Shown here piece by piece: positions 18,237-28,295 of a stretch of DNA of 64,000 bases. The notes beneath the pieces were generated by a model, which was given only the letters and a program-made list of their open reading frames with translations, searched no databases and had not been told where the DNA came from. The number at the start of each line of letters is the position of its first letter. The first letter of the stretch is position 1. The DNA comes from Acidimicrobiales bacterium (lineage in GTDB: Bacteria > Actinomycetota > Acidimicrobiia > Acidimicrobiales > Bog-793), in the NCBI GenBank assembly GCA_050010115.1, contig JBEKLQ010000005.1, positions 13,895-77,894 on the forward strand, in the 5' to 3' direction. The position numbers and the translations under genes are program-made.

Positions 18237-19388
18237 TTATGGCCTGGGCCCTGGGACCGAATCGAGGAGGCGCCGCACGATGGCGGCTCCCGCCTCGAGG
18301 ACGCCTGCACCGCTGGCCTCGGTCACGAGCCGGTGGGCCAGCACGGGCACGGCGACTGCCTTCACGTCGTCGGGGAGCACGTAGGTGCGCCCCCGCACGA
18401 CGGCATTGGCGCGAGCGGCTGCGAGGAGGCCGATGGCTGCTCTGGGGCTTGCGCCGAGTCGAACTCCGGCAGCTTGCCGGCTCGCCCGCACGATGGCGAC
18501 GGCATAGCCGGCGACCTCGTCCGACACCGACAGCTCAGAGACCACGTCTTGGATCTCACGCAACAGTTCGGGTGAGCAGACCGGCCTCAGGTCGGCTAGC
18601 CGGGGCTGGGCACCGCGCGTCATCGCCAGCGCCGTCTCGGTCGCGACGTCCGGGTAGCCGAGGCGGGTCGCCATGAGGAACCGGTCCATCTGGCTCTCCA
18701 CGAGCGGGTACGTCCCCGCTTGGTCGACGGGGTTCTGGGTGGCGAGCACGAGATGGGGATGGGGGAGCGGCCACGACTCGCCGTCGACGCTCACCTGCTG
18801 CTCCTCCATGGCTTCGAGCAACGCAGCTTGGCTGCGAGGCGGCGTGCGGTTCAGCTCGTCGAACAGCACGACGTGGGCGAACACCGGCCCGGGACGGAAC
18901 TCCCATTCGTCGGTCGCCTGGTTGAACACACTCACGCCGGTGATGTCCGACGGCAGCAGGTCCGGGTGTCCCTGGATGCGGGCCAGGCGAGCACCGATCG
19001 ACACGGCAACTGCCTTCGCGAGCATGGTCTTGCCGACGCCCGGGACATCGTCGATCAACAAGTGCCCGCCCACGATCACCGACGTCGTGGCGATGGCACA
19101 GGCGTATGGCGTCCCCATGACCACGCTCGACACGTTCGCGTACAGCGCCGCCGCCACTCGGACGGCGTCCGCCGCGGTCGCGCGGCCGTTCGACGACGCC
19201 GGCGCCGGCGGATCCGGCGGCGACCCGAGAGGCCGCGCCGCCGCTGTAGCCACAGCGGGAGCGGGTGCCCCCACCATGGACACGGTGTCCTCACTTGTCA
19301 CGGTGCCGCATCCCTCTCGATCGTCCGCCAGCTCCTCTGCTCCCGTGGGCGAGCAGCCCCTTGAGCGTACCGGCGATCCGGGCAGCAC
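18237..19388 (-). CDS. MoxR-family AAA+ ATPase
   Basis: Walker A DDVPGVGKT and Walker B VVLFDELNRTPP, in an AAA_3/MoxR layout. The N-terminal ~60 residues are low-complexity, so the true start may be internal. Confidence 0.9.
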   Translation of the reverse strand: MLPGSPVRSRGCSPTGAEELADDREGCGTVTSEDTVSMVGAPAPAVATAAARPLGSPPDPPAPASSNGRATAADAVRVAAALYANVSSVVMGTPYACAIATTSVIVGGHLLIDDVPGVGKTMLAKAVAVSIGARLARIQGHPDLLPSDITGVSVFNQATDEWEFRPGPVFAHVVLFDELNRTPPRSQAALLEAMEEQQVSVDGESWPLPHPHLVLATQNPVDQAGTYPLVESQMDRFLMATRLGYPDVATETALAMTRGAQPRLADLRPVCSPELLREIQDVVSELSVSDEVAGYAVAIVRASRQAAGVRLGASPRAAIGLLAAARANAVVRGRTYVLPDDVKAVAVPVLAHRLVTEASGAGVLEAGAAIVRRLLDSVPGPRP

Positions 19389-19415
19389 TCTGGCGCGACC
19401 AGTCGCGGGGATAGG

Positions 19416-20858
19416 TCAGAAGTCGAGCGCAGAGAGCTCCGGGATCGTCCGCTCCGCCCGACTGCGGGCATCGAGCCAGCGCGCCCGATCGAGACGCCGC
19501 GAAGGCTCGACGATTCGCCGTGGCCGGACGAGCGAAGCAGCCTCGGCGAGCGACGACCACACGCCAACCGCAGTCCCCGCCAGGAAGCCGGCTCCCAACG
19601 TCGTCGCCTCGGTCACCGGTGCGACTGCCACCGGGCGCCCGGTCGCGTCCGCCAGCGCCTGGACGAACGTGACGTTGGCGCTCATGCCTCCGTCCACGTT
19701 GAGCACGTCGACGCCGAGACCGGAGTCGGCCACCACCGACTCCAGCAGATCCGCCCCGCGATGAGCGATTCCCTCGAGCACAGCGCGCACGATCTCAGCG
19801 CGGGTCGTTCCGCGGGTGATACCGACGAGCGTTCCCCGGGCGCCGAAGTCCCAGACCGGAGTACCGAGCCCGAGCAGCGCCGGCACGAAGTAGACGCCGC
19901 CCGTGTCCGGCACGCTGGCTGCGATCTCGTCGGTCTCGGCGGCGGTGCCGACGATGCCGAGGTCGTCGCGGAGCCACTCGACGCAGGAGCCGGCGGACAA
20001 CATGACCGCCTCGAGCCCCCAGGTCAGCGCGCCCGCTTGGCTCCAGGCCACGATGGGGAACGTACCCGCTCGGCCTCGTTGGGCGAACGCCGGCCGCTCC
20101 GGCCCGACGGCACAGTCGAGCATGCCACCGGTCCCGAAGGTCGCCTTGGCGGTGCCAGCGGTCAGACAGCCTTGGCCTATGAGGGAAGCTTGCTGGTCCC
20201 CCGCAATTCCGGCGATCGGTGGTGCGCCGTCCAGCGCCGAGGCGTTGCCGAGGAGCCCCGTCGAGTTGACGAGGAGCGGCAGGACGCGTTCTCCGATCCG
20301 GAGCGCCTCGCACACCTCGAGGTCCCAACCGGCGCCATTTTCGGTGACCAGTCCGGTGACCCCGGCATTGGTGTGGTCCGTGACGTGCAGGCCGCCGTCC
20401 GAGAGGATCCAGGCGACCCACGAATCGACGGTGCCGAAGCACAGATCCCGCTCGCGCGTCGGATCGACGAAGTCGAGCAGCATGGCAAGCTTAGTTGCGG
20501 ACTGGTTCGGTGCCAGGCGCAACCCCTGTTCCCGCAGCATCAGGCACATGCCGACCGTCCGCAGGTCCTGCCAGCCGATGCCCGGGGCCACCGGCTCGCC
20601 AGTCGCCCGGTCCCACACGATCGTCGACGCACGCTGGTCGGCGATGCCGACGGCGTCGACCGGCCCACCTGCAGCCAACGCCGCCCGGGCCACGGTGAGT
20701 ACGGCGTTCGCCATCGCGCCGGCGTCGAATTCGACGAAGCCCTGCGCCGGCGACACCGGCAGCACCTCCCGGTGGTGCACGTGCGTCACGGTCGCGTCGC
20801 GCTGCACCACGGCCGCCCGCACACCCGATGTCCCCACGTCGACCACGAGGACGCTCAT
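19416..20858 (-). CDS. FGGY-family carbohydrate kinase (glycerol kinase-like)
   Basis: VLVVDVGTSGVRAAV N-terminal actin-fold motif and C-terminal NVDGGMSAN. The ATG at 20858 overlaps the upstream stop (ATGA). Confidence 0.8.
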   Translation of the reverse strand: MSVLVVDVGTSGVRAAVVQRDATVTHVHHREVLPVSPAQGFVEFDAGAMANAVLTVARAALAAGGPVDAVGIADQRASTIVWDRATGEPVAPGIGWQDLRTVGMCLMLREQGLRLAPNQSATKLAMLLDFVDPTRERDLCFGTVDSWVAWILSDGGLHVTDHTNAGVTGLVTENGAGWDLEVCEALRIGERVLPLLVNSTGLLGNASALDGAPPIAGIAGDQQASLIGQGCLTAGTAKATFGTGGMLDCAVGPERPAFAQRGRAGTFPIVAWSQAGALTWGLEAVMLSAGSCVEWLRDDLGIVGTAAETDEIAASVPDTGGVYFVPALLGLGTPVWDFGARGTLVGITRGTTRAEIVRAVLEGIAHRGADLLESVVADSGLGVDVLNVDGGMSANVTFVQALADATGRPVAVAPVTEATTLGAGFLAGTAVGVWSSLAEAASLVRPRRIVEPSRRLDRARWLDARSRAERTIPELSALDF

Positions 20859-22444
20859 GGCGTCGTGGGCCAAGGTGAGGGGCCGAAGGGTGATCCGAGG
20901 CCTAATTTGCCCGGGTTGAGCACGCCCGACGGATCAAGGGTCTTCTTCAGTGCTTCGAGGACGGCAAAACCACTGCCGAGTGCCTCCGCCAGGTACGGGG
21001 CGCGCACCAGGCCGATCCCGTGGTGATGGGAGATCGAGCCGCCATGGGACCGGGTGGCTGTCAGCACGGCGGTCCAGGCCGAGCGGTAGAAGTGCTCAGC
21101 CCACCGCTCGTCGGCCTCGGCCTCGATCTCCACCAGATCCGTGGGCGAAGCGGGGGCTTCGGTCAACCTGTCGTCGTCTGCTGGCTGCCGCCCGGCGAAC
21201 GTGAAGTACAGGCAGGCTCCGTCGATGTACGCGTGCGACTCGTGCGCAGAAGCTGCCAGGCAGCCGTCGACGGCCTCGAGGGCGGCGACGGCGTCGGCGT
21301 AGATCCCCGCCAGGCTGGCCCACGGGGCGGCGATCTCGATCGTGTCGACCACGATCCCCGCCCGCGTGACCGCAGCCAGCGCCGAGACGTCGTTGCGATG
21401 CTCGAGCCAATGCTGGACGATGCCGACGTCGAGACCGTCTGCGCCCGCCGCCTCACACTCCTCTGTCAACACCGCCATCGCCGCGCCGATCACCTGAGGG
21501 TCGCCTTCGTCGAGAGCGATGAGGACGTTGGTCGGGATCTCGAAGCTACGCAGTGACTCTCGCTCGTCGTACAGCCGCACGACCGCTGGCGTGGCGCCGC
21601 GTTGCAGCGTACGGCGCAGCACGTCGAGACCCGCATCAAAGCTCGGGAAGCCGAACGCGAGCCGTTCCTCCGCCACGGGCACTGGATGCGCGCGTAACCG
21701 GGCGGCCGTGATGATCCCGAGCGTTCCCTCGTTACCGACGAACAACTGGGTGAGGTCCGGACCCATGGCCGAGCGAGGTCCCGCTCCCGCCATTGCACCG
21801 GTCCGGAGGATCTCGCCGCTCGCCAGGACGACCTCGAGCCCGGCGACGATGTCCTCGATCTTGCCGTAGCGGGTCGAGTACTGCCCGACACCCCGGCATG
21901 CGATCCAGCCGCCGACGGTAGCGAGATCCATCGACTGGGGCCAGTGACCGACGGTGAGCCCGTGCTGAGCCTGCAGCTCGCGCTCGAAGTCCGAGCCGAA
22001 CGTCCCGGCGGCAACGTCGACGAGGAGCGACTCACTGTCGACGGCGAGTATCCCGGCCAGTCCGCACAGGTCGAGGACCACGCCGCCGAAGACCGGGACG
22101 GAGGCGCCGCACACGCCGCTCCGCCCGCCGGCAGCGGTGAGGGGTACGCCCGTCTCGCTGCAGAGCCTGGCGATCGCTGCCACTTCGGCGACGGTGGCCG
22201 GCCTGGCCACCGCCCCGGCTCGTGCCGGCGTCTCACCCACGAGCGCCCAATGCTGCGCGAACGGCCACCAGTCACGACCGGCTTCCGCAAGGGCAGCGTG
22301 CGAGAGGTCGACCTCGGCGCAAGCCGCCCGGAGTTGTTCGAGCCACTCGTGGCTCAGTTCCACCCGGTGGCCGCCGAAGTGCTCGCTAGCCGATGCCGCC
22401 CCGGAACCGAATTCGATCGGAGGGATCGGCTGGCCTGGCTTCAT
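20855..22444 (-). CDS. FAD-linked oxidase (GlcD / alkyl-DHAP-synthase-like)
   Basis: 529-aa ORF with an FAD_binding_4-type region (VPLTAAGGRSGVCGASVP) and a C-terminal HHHGIG motif. ATGA overlaps at both ends. Confidence 0.8.
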   Translation of the reverse strand: MKPGQPIPPIEFGSGAASASEHFGGHRVELSHEWLEQLRAACAEVDLSHAALAEAGRDWWPFAQHWALVGETPARAGAVARPATVAEVAAIARLCSETGVPLTAAGGRSGVCGASVPVFGGVVLDLCGLAGILAVDSESLLVDVAAGTFGSDFERELQAQHGLTVGHWPQSMDLATVGGWIACRGVGQYSTRYGKIEDIVAGLEVVLASGEILRTGAMAGAGPRSAMGPDLTQLFVGNEGTLGIITAARLRAHPVPVAEERLAFGFPSFDAGLDVLRRTLQRGATPAVVRLYDERESLRSFEIPTNVLIALDEGDPQVIGAAMAVLTEECEAAGADGLDVGIVQHWLEHRNDVSALAAVTRAGIVVDTIEIAAPWASLAGIYADAVAALEAVDGCLAASAHESHAYIDGACLYFTFAGRQPADDDRLTEAPASPTDLVEIEAEADERWAEHFYRSAWTAVLTATRSHGGSISHHHGIGLVRAPYLAEALGSGFAVLEALKKTLDPSGVLNPGKLGLGSPFGPSPWPTTP

Positions 22445-24261
22445 GATTCGTCCCGTTCTCCGGTGCTGGAGTTCTCGGCACCGGCGACCGCCGGTCTGGT
22501 GATCACCGTGGCCGTACCACTGGCGGCGACCGCAGCCAGTTCGCGGGCGACGAAGTCGTCCATCCGGGCGATCTCGTCGGCAGTGCGTCGCGCGTCCCAG
22601 CCGAGCTCGCGCCCCATAAGGGCGGCGACGTGTGGGGTGGCGTCACGTGTGGCCGCTGCATCGAACACCACGGATCGTGTGCGGCGGGCGAGGACGTCTT
22701 CGAGGCATTGAGCCATCTCGTAACGCACCGAGTACACCGCTTCGGCTGCGAGGTCGGGAAGACCTGAAACGAGAGGTTCGGCCAGCTCGGGCTCGTCCTG
22801 GATCAGCCCGAGCACAGCCGGAGACTCGCCTCCGTAGCGATGGACGAGATGGTCGAGCACGGCGTCCGTCGTACCCAGGGAGCGCGCGGCTCCCGGCTTG
22901 CCGAGCGCTCCAGTGCCGTCGGCGCCGCGTAGTTTGAGTCGCCGCGTCGGGCTGGCGCCGAGGTTCCGCCCGAGCACGTGGCCGACGGCGCTGATGGTGT
23001 CCTCGGCCATCTTCCGGTAGGTCGTCAACTTCCCACCTGTGATCGTGACGAGCCCGTTGTCCGACACGATGACGCGGTGTCGCCTCGAGAGGTCCGCCGT
23101 CCGCTCGCTCGGCGCCTTGCGTGCCCCCGGGGCCTTCGCCAGCAGCGGGCGTAGCCCGGCCCAGGTTCCTGTCACGTCGGCCATGGTGAGCGGTTCGGTC
23201 ACGACGGCGTTGATGGCGCCGAGCACGTAGGCGACGTCCTCGGTGGTGACTGCAGGGTCGTCGAGCGGGCCCTGGTAGTCGGTATCGGTCGTACCCAGGT
23301 AGGTGTGCTCTCCCCACGGCACCATGAAGATCGACCTGGGATCGCCTGGCACGGGGATGATCGCGGCCATGTCACAGGGGAGCTTCGATCGGCGCACGCT
23401 CACGTGGATCCCCTTGGCTGGACGGAGGTCGTGGCGGGTGCCAACGCCGTCCAGGGAGCGCAACTCGTCGGCCCAGACGCCGGTGGCGTTGACGACGGAC
23501 TTGGCTCGGACCTCGATGTCGGCTCCCTCACAACCGGCGCCACCGGTGACTGAGGCGATCCCGCCGGTACCGCCGGTCCTCGGCACCGACACGGGCGACA
23601 CCCGCGCTCCGCAGATGCGCCCGCCCTCGTCCTTGATGAAGCCCGTCACCGGCGCGTAGTTGGCCGCAACCGCTCCGTGGTCGAGCACAGCCGTCCGCAC
23701 GACCGCCAAGGTCAGCCGGGCGTCGTCGGTGCGGGCGTCGTAGTAGAGGAATCCGGCCACGACCCGGCCACGCCTGAGCGTTGGCAGGTGGGCGTAGATC
23801 TCATCGGCGGTGACCTTCCCGTGGCGCTTTCCGATCTTCCAACCACCGGCCAGGTCGTACAGCCACAGCGCCACCGAGTACGTCTCCACGATCCCCTTGT
23901 CGACCACGCCGCCCTTGCCGAACAGCGGGATGAGGAACGTGAGCGGCTCGACGAGATGTGGGGCGTTGCGCAGCAGCCGGTGCCGCTCGACCAGGTTCTC
24001 GTGGACCAGGCCGAATTCCTTCTGCTGGAGGTACCGCAGCCCGCCGTGCACGAGCTTCGACGACTTCGAGGAGGTGCCGGAGGCGAAGTCCGCGCGTTCG
24101 ACCAACGCCGTGCGCAGGCCCCGGGCGGCTGCGTCGAGCGCCACGCCGGCGCCGGTCACGCCGCCGCCGATGACGAGGACGTCGAATTCCTCCGAGGCGA
24201 GCCGTTCGAGAGCGACGGCGCGGTCGAAGCTGGTGAGCGGACGATTCATGGTGGAGCACAA
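22441..24261 (-). CDS. glpD: FAD-dependent glycerol-3-phosphate dehydrogenase
   Basis: N-terminal DVLVIGGGVTGAGVALDAAARG and conserved SSKSSKLVHGGLRYL, plus the long C-terminal GlpD helical domain. Confidence 0.9.
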   Translation of the reverse strand: MCSTMNRPLTSFDRAVALERLASEEFDVLVIGGGVTGAGVALDAAARGLRTALVERADFASGTSSKSSKLVHGGLRYLQQKEFGLVHENLVERHRLLRNAPHLVEPLTFLIPLFGKGGVVDKGIVETYSVALWLYDLAGGWKIGKRHGKVTADEIYAHLPTLRRGRVVAGFLYYDARTDDARLTLAVVRTAVLDHGAVAANYAPVTGFIKDEGGRICGARVSPVSVPRTGGTGGIASVTGGAGCEGADIEVRAKSVVNATGVWADELRSLDGVGTRHDLRPAKGIHVSVRRSKLPCDMAAIIPVPGDPRSIFMVPWGEHTYLGTTDTDYQGPLDDPAVTTEDVAYVLGAINAVVTEPLTMADVTGTWAGLRPLLAKAPGARKAPSERTADLSRRHRVIVSDNGLVTITGGKLTTYRKMAEDTISAVGHVLGRNLGASPTRRLKLRGADGTGALGKPGAARSLGTTDAVLDHLVHRYGGESPAVLGLIQDEPELAEPLVSGLPDLAAEAVYSVRYEMAQCLEDVLARRTRSVVFDAAATRDATPHVAALMGRELGWDARRTADEIARMDDFVARELAAVAASGTATVITRPAVAGAENSSTGERDES

Positions 24262-24371
24262 GTCATAGTGGACCGCAAGCCTGCCATACGGAGCCGACCA
24301 CTCTCATCCCTGCAACGTGAGTCGTACGTCACTGGCATGCACGGCCTCCGGCTGCCGCCTCGGCCCGGTGA

Positions 24372-24403
24372 GAGTCTATTAGAATCAAACCAGGTTTGGA
24401 CTC
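24372..24403. promoter_or_regulatory. nested inverted repeat in the glpD/rubrerythrin divergent intergenic region
   Basis: GAGTCtattagaatCAAACCaGGTTTGGACTC. The inner 13-nt palindrome is at 24386-24398 and the outer GAGTC/GACTC arms flank it. AT-rich relative to its surroundings, about 30 nt upstream of the rubrerythrin start. Confidence 0.25.
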
Positions 24404-24430
24404 ACTATTGAAAGACGCCAAGGAGACTAC

Positions 24431-24847
<417 letters not shown>

Positions 24848-24896
24848 TCGTGACCGGCTACCAAGCGCACAGCCCGGATCTTGTCGGAGCACCACC

Positions 24897-25490
24897 GTGA
24901 GCGCGTTGACGCTTGCCGACATCGCTGATCTGCGCGCCTACGAACGAGAACGGCCGGACTTCCTCCGGGAGGTCATCGAGCTGAAGAAGATCCGGCGTGT
25001 GCCCATCGGGCCGTTCGTCACCGTCGTGTTCGAGAACCGCACGACGATCCGTTTTCAGATCCAAGAGATGGCCCGAGCCGAGCGCATGTCGACCGACGAG
25101 CAGGTTCAGGGCGAGCTCGACATCTACAACCCGCTCATCCCGGGCCCGGGGGAGCTGTGTCTGACCTTGTTCGTCGAGCTCACCACGGAGGCTGATCTGC
25201 GCGACTGGTTGCCTCGCCTCGTGGGCATCGAACGTTCCGTCGAACTGCGCCTCGGTGATGATCCCGTCACAGTGGTGACTGCCACGGTCGATCCCGGGCA
25301 CGCGTCGCAACTCACCCGTGAGGAAGTGACGGCATCAGTGCACTACGTGCGTTTCGTCCTGGGCACCGAGCTACGTCAAGGTTTCGAGGCGGGTCCGGTC
25401 GCAATTGCCGTCGCGCACGAGGCGTACTCGCACTCGGCGCTGCTCTCGCCTGAGACGCGACGCTCGCTGCTGAGCGACTGGGACGGCTAG
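24897..25490 (+). CDS. DUF3501-family protein
   Basis: The sequence [59 protein letters not shown] matches my recollection of DUF3501, which commonly follows rubrerythrin. GTG at 24897 chosen. Confidence 0.6.
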   Translation: MSALTLADIADLRAYERERPDFLREVIELKKIRRVPIGPFVTVVFENRTTIRFQIQEMARAERMSTDEQVQGELDIYNPLIPGPGELCLTLFVELTTEADLRDWLPRLVGIERSVELRLGDDPVTVVTATVDPGHASQLTREEVTASVHYVRFVLGTELRQGFEAGPVAIAVAHEAYSHSALLSPETRRSLLSDWDG

Positions 25491-25568
25491 CCGTCGCTGC
25501 GGCACAGCCCGGACGGAGCGCAAGCGGCTGGCGGAGCGGAGAATGATACCGGCATTTCGACGCGGCCA

Positions 25569-25597
25569 TTGACAGACACGTATTCGTCATGGATAAT
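25569..25597 (+). promoter_or_regulatory. sigma-A-type promoter candidate for whiB (TTGACA-17 nt-GATAAT)
   Basis: TTGACA at 25569-25574, a 17-nt spacer, and GATAAT at 25592-25597. This implies a leader of about 110 nt before the whiB ATG at 25715. Confidence 0.45.
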
Positions 25598-25714
25598 CAG
25601 TCTTCCTGGTCGGCGGTGGCCCGCACGCACATAGGCGCGCGGGTGTCCCAGGGCTCTCCAACTACGGTGCCGGGTCACTCGCCGCCGCACAGACCCGACG
25701 AAAGTGAATCTGCA

Positions 25715-25945
25715 ATGAACGCCACGTGGCGCCAACGAGCCGCATGCCGGGGACTGGACCCCGACATCTTCTACCCGGTGTCAGATGACGACGCCTGGGA
25801 AGCCAAGGCTGTCTGCGACGCGTGCCCAGTTCGCCAGACTTGCCTGGAGCACGCTCTGGCAGTTCGCGAGCGGGAAGGTGTCTGGGGCGGCCTCACCGAG
25901 CGCGAGCGCCGCCGGATCCTGCGCCAGCGACGCAAGACCGCCTGA
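25715..25945 (+). CDS. whiB: WhiB-family redox-sensing transcription factor
   Basis: 76-aa ORF with four Cys (AACRG ... CDACPVRQTC), the GVWGG turn and a basic tail (RRRILRQRRK). Confidence 0.9.
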   Translation: MNATWRQRAACRGLDPDIFYPVSDDDAWEAKAVCDACPVRQTCLEHALAVREREGVWGGLTERERRRILRQRRKTA

Positions 25946-25988
25946 GCCCCCGGAGGGTCGCCCGAGGGCGGCCGACTAACCTCTCGCC

Positions 25989-27164
25989 GTGAACTTCGAA
26001 CTTTCCGAGGAGCTGCGCGCGCTCCAGGACATGGTGCGCAGGCTTGCCAAGGACAAAGTGCAGCCCCGCGCTCGCGAGATCGACGAGACCGGCGAGTATC
26101 CGGACGACCTGTTCGCAGCGTTCGGTGCTGCTGGGCTCCTCGGGCTGTGCATCCCCGAGGAGTTCGGCGGCTCCAGTGCTGGCATCCTCGGGCTGACGAT
26201 CGCCATTGAGGAGGTCGCGAAGTACTCGAACACCGCGGCGCTCATGCTCCTGTTGACTCGCCTGCCGACCGGTCCCGTGATGATCGCGGGCTCGGAGGAC
26301 CAGAAGAGGCGTTACCTGCCGGGGATCGCTGAGGGGACGAAACGGTCGGGTTTTGGCTTGTCCGAGGCAGGAGCGGGTAGCGACGTGGCGGGGATGCGTA
26401 CGAAAGCCACGGCCGACCCCGATACCGAAGGCGGCTGGATCCTGAACGGTGTGAAGTGCTGGATGTCCGGGGTCGTGCAGGCTGACTGGTACACGGTCTT
26501 CGCAAAGACCGGGGATCCGGCAAGCCGCCGCCACGACTCGATCACGGCCTTCATTGTCGATCGCGCCACGCCGGGCGTCTCGGTCGGATCGCTTGACCGC
26601 AAGATGGGTGTAAGAGGCGTCGACACCGGAGAGCTCGTGCTGTCCGACGTCGCTGTGCCGGCGGCGAACGTGATCGGGGAGGTTGGGGGTTTCCGGCTGG
26701 CGATGCTCGGTCTGAACTCGATGCGCCCCATTGTGGCGGCGCGGGGCATCGGCCTCGCCGAGGGCGCGCTGATGTATGCCACCGAGTACGTGAAGGAGCG
26801 ATCGGCGTTCGGCGGCAAGATCGCCGATTTTCAGGGGATCCAATGGGAGATCGCCAAGATGGCGGTCGAGATCGAAGCCGCCCGCCTCCTTACGTACCGT
26901 GCGGCCTGGCTGGCCGACCAAGGAAAGTTCACCCGCGAGTGGGTGCCGTACCTGTCGATGGCGAAGTACTACGCCGCCGAAGTGGCCGTGAAGGCCTCCG
27001 GCCTCGCCGTGCAGCTGCTCGGCGCCGCCGGGTACATGAAGGACCACCCGACCGAGCTCTGGTACCGGGATGCCCGCCAGCTCACGATTGTGGAAGGCAC
27101 CTCCCAGGTCCAACTGGGCCTGATCGCCCGCGGCGTGTTGGAGCATCATCTGTGGTGGGACTGA
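25989..27164 (+). CDS. acyl-CoA dehydrogenase
   Basis: 391-aa ORF with an ACAD N/M/C domain layout: GLSEAGAGSDVAGMRT, a catalytic-base region YRDARQLTIVEGTSQVQ, and FGG...DFQ. Confidence 0.9.
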   Translation: MNFELSEELRALQDMVRRLAKDKVQPRAREIDETGEYPDDLFAAFGAAGLLGLCIPEEFGGSSAGILGLTIAIEEVAKYSNTAALMLLLTRLPTGPVMIAGSEDQKRRYLPGIAEGTKRSGFGLSEAGAGSDVAGMRTKATADPDTEGGWILNGVKCWMSGVVQADWYTVFAKTGDPASRRHDSITAFIVDRATPGVSVGSLDRKMGVRGVDTGELVLSDVAVPAANVIGEVGGFRLAMLGLNSMRPIVAARGIGLAEGALMYATEYVKERSAFGGKIADFQGIQWEIAKMAVEIEAARLLTYRAAWLADQGKFTREWVPYLSMAKYYAAEVAVKASGLAVQLLGAAGYMKDHPTELWYRDARQLTIVEGTSQVQLGLIARGVLEHHLWWD

Positions 27165-27165
27165 A

Positions 27166-28266
27166 TTGACCGATCAGGCGGCGGGTACGCTTCCAGCCGG
27201 CATCGAATCGGTCGGGGGCTGGCCTGGGGTGTTCAGCCGGCTGTTCCGCCGCGACAACCTGAGCGTCGACGAGGCAGCGGCCGCGCTGGGCTCGGTGCTC
27301 GCCGGGGAGGCGAGCCCCGTGCAGGTGTCGGCGCTGCTCTCTGCGCTCCGGACGAAAGGCGAGACGGTCGAGGAGATGACCGGTCTCGTCCGTGCCATGC
27401 AGGCCCATGCGGAGCCGTTGGTCATCGCGGGCGACCTCGTCGACACGTGCGGCACCGGCGGCGACCGGAGCGGGACCATCAACGTCTCGACGATCTCAGC
27501 GCTCGTCGTGGCGGGCGCGGGCGCCAAGGTGTGCAAGCACGGCAACCGAGCCGCCTCGTCGATCGCAGGGTCCGCCGACGTGTTCGAGGCACTAGGCGTC
27601 GTCATCGACCTCGGGCCGGCGGGAGTGTCGGCGTGTGTGGAGGATGCGGGGATTGGCTTCTGCCTCGCGACCCGTTATCACCCGGCGATGCGCCACGCCG
27701 CTCCGGTGCGGCGGGAGCTGGGTGTCGCCACCGTGTTCAACTTCCTCGGTCCGCTTGCTAACCCCGCCCGTGCCACGCGCCAGCTCGTCGGTGTGGGGGA
27801 TCGCTCGATGGCCGAGAAGATGCTGGCAGTACTGGAGGCGAACGGCACCGTGCACGCGATGGTCGTGTTCGGGCACGACGGCCTCGACGAGCTCACGACC
27901 GTCACGACCTCGACGGTGCTCGAGACGGTGCGGGTGAGTGACGACGACGACGGTCCGGCCTACGAGCGGCGAACCTATGACGTCGATCCGGAGGCGCTCG
28001 ACCTGCCGCTGGCTCGTCTCGAGGACCTGCGAGGCGGAGCCGCGGCGCTCAATGCCGAGCTCGCTGGCGCCGTGCTGTCGGGTGAGCGTGGGCCCCGCCG
28101 GGATTTCGTCCTGCTCAATGCCGCTGCCGCACTCGTGGTCGCCGGCCTCGCTCCGGCGCTACAGCCCGGCATCGAATTGGCCGGCTCCGTGCTGGACTCG
28201 GGTGCCGCCGCCGCAGCGCTGGAGCGGTTGGTTGCCTCGTCGCGTCGGGCCGCTGGCGACGCCTGA
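27166..28266 (+). CDS. trpD: anthranilate phosphoribosyltransferase
   Basis: DTCGTGGDRSGTINVST, KHGNRAASS and the NPAR motif. Stand-alone, with no other trp genes nearby. TTG start 1 nt after the upstream stop. Confidence 0.9.
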   Translation: MTDQAAGTLPAGIESVGGWPGVFSRLFRRDNLSVDEAAAALGSVLAGEASPVQVSALLSALRTKGETVEEMTGLVRAMQAHAEPLVIAGDLVDTCGTGGDRSGTINVSTISALVVAGAGAKVCKHGNRAASSIAGSADVFEALGVVIDLGPAGVSACVEDAGIGFCLATRYHPAMRHAAPVRRELGVATVFNFLGPLANPARATRQLVGVGDRSMAEKMLAVLEANGTVHAMVVFGHDGLDELTTVTTSTVLETVRVSDDDDGPAYERRTYDVDPEALDLPLARLEDLRGGAAALNAELAGAVLSGERGPRRDFVLLNAAAALVVAGLAPALQPGIELAGSVLDSGAAAAALERLVASSRRAAGDA

Positions 28267-28295
28267 GGTGAGGCGGAGCCCGTTCTAGCTCGACG

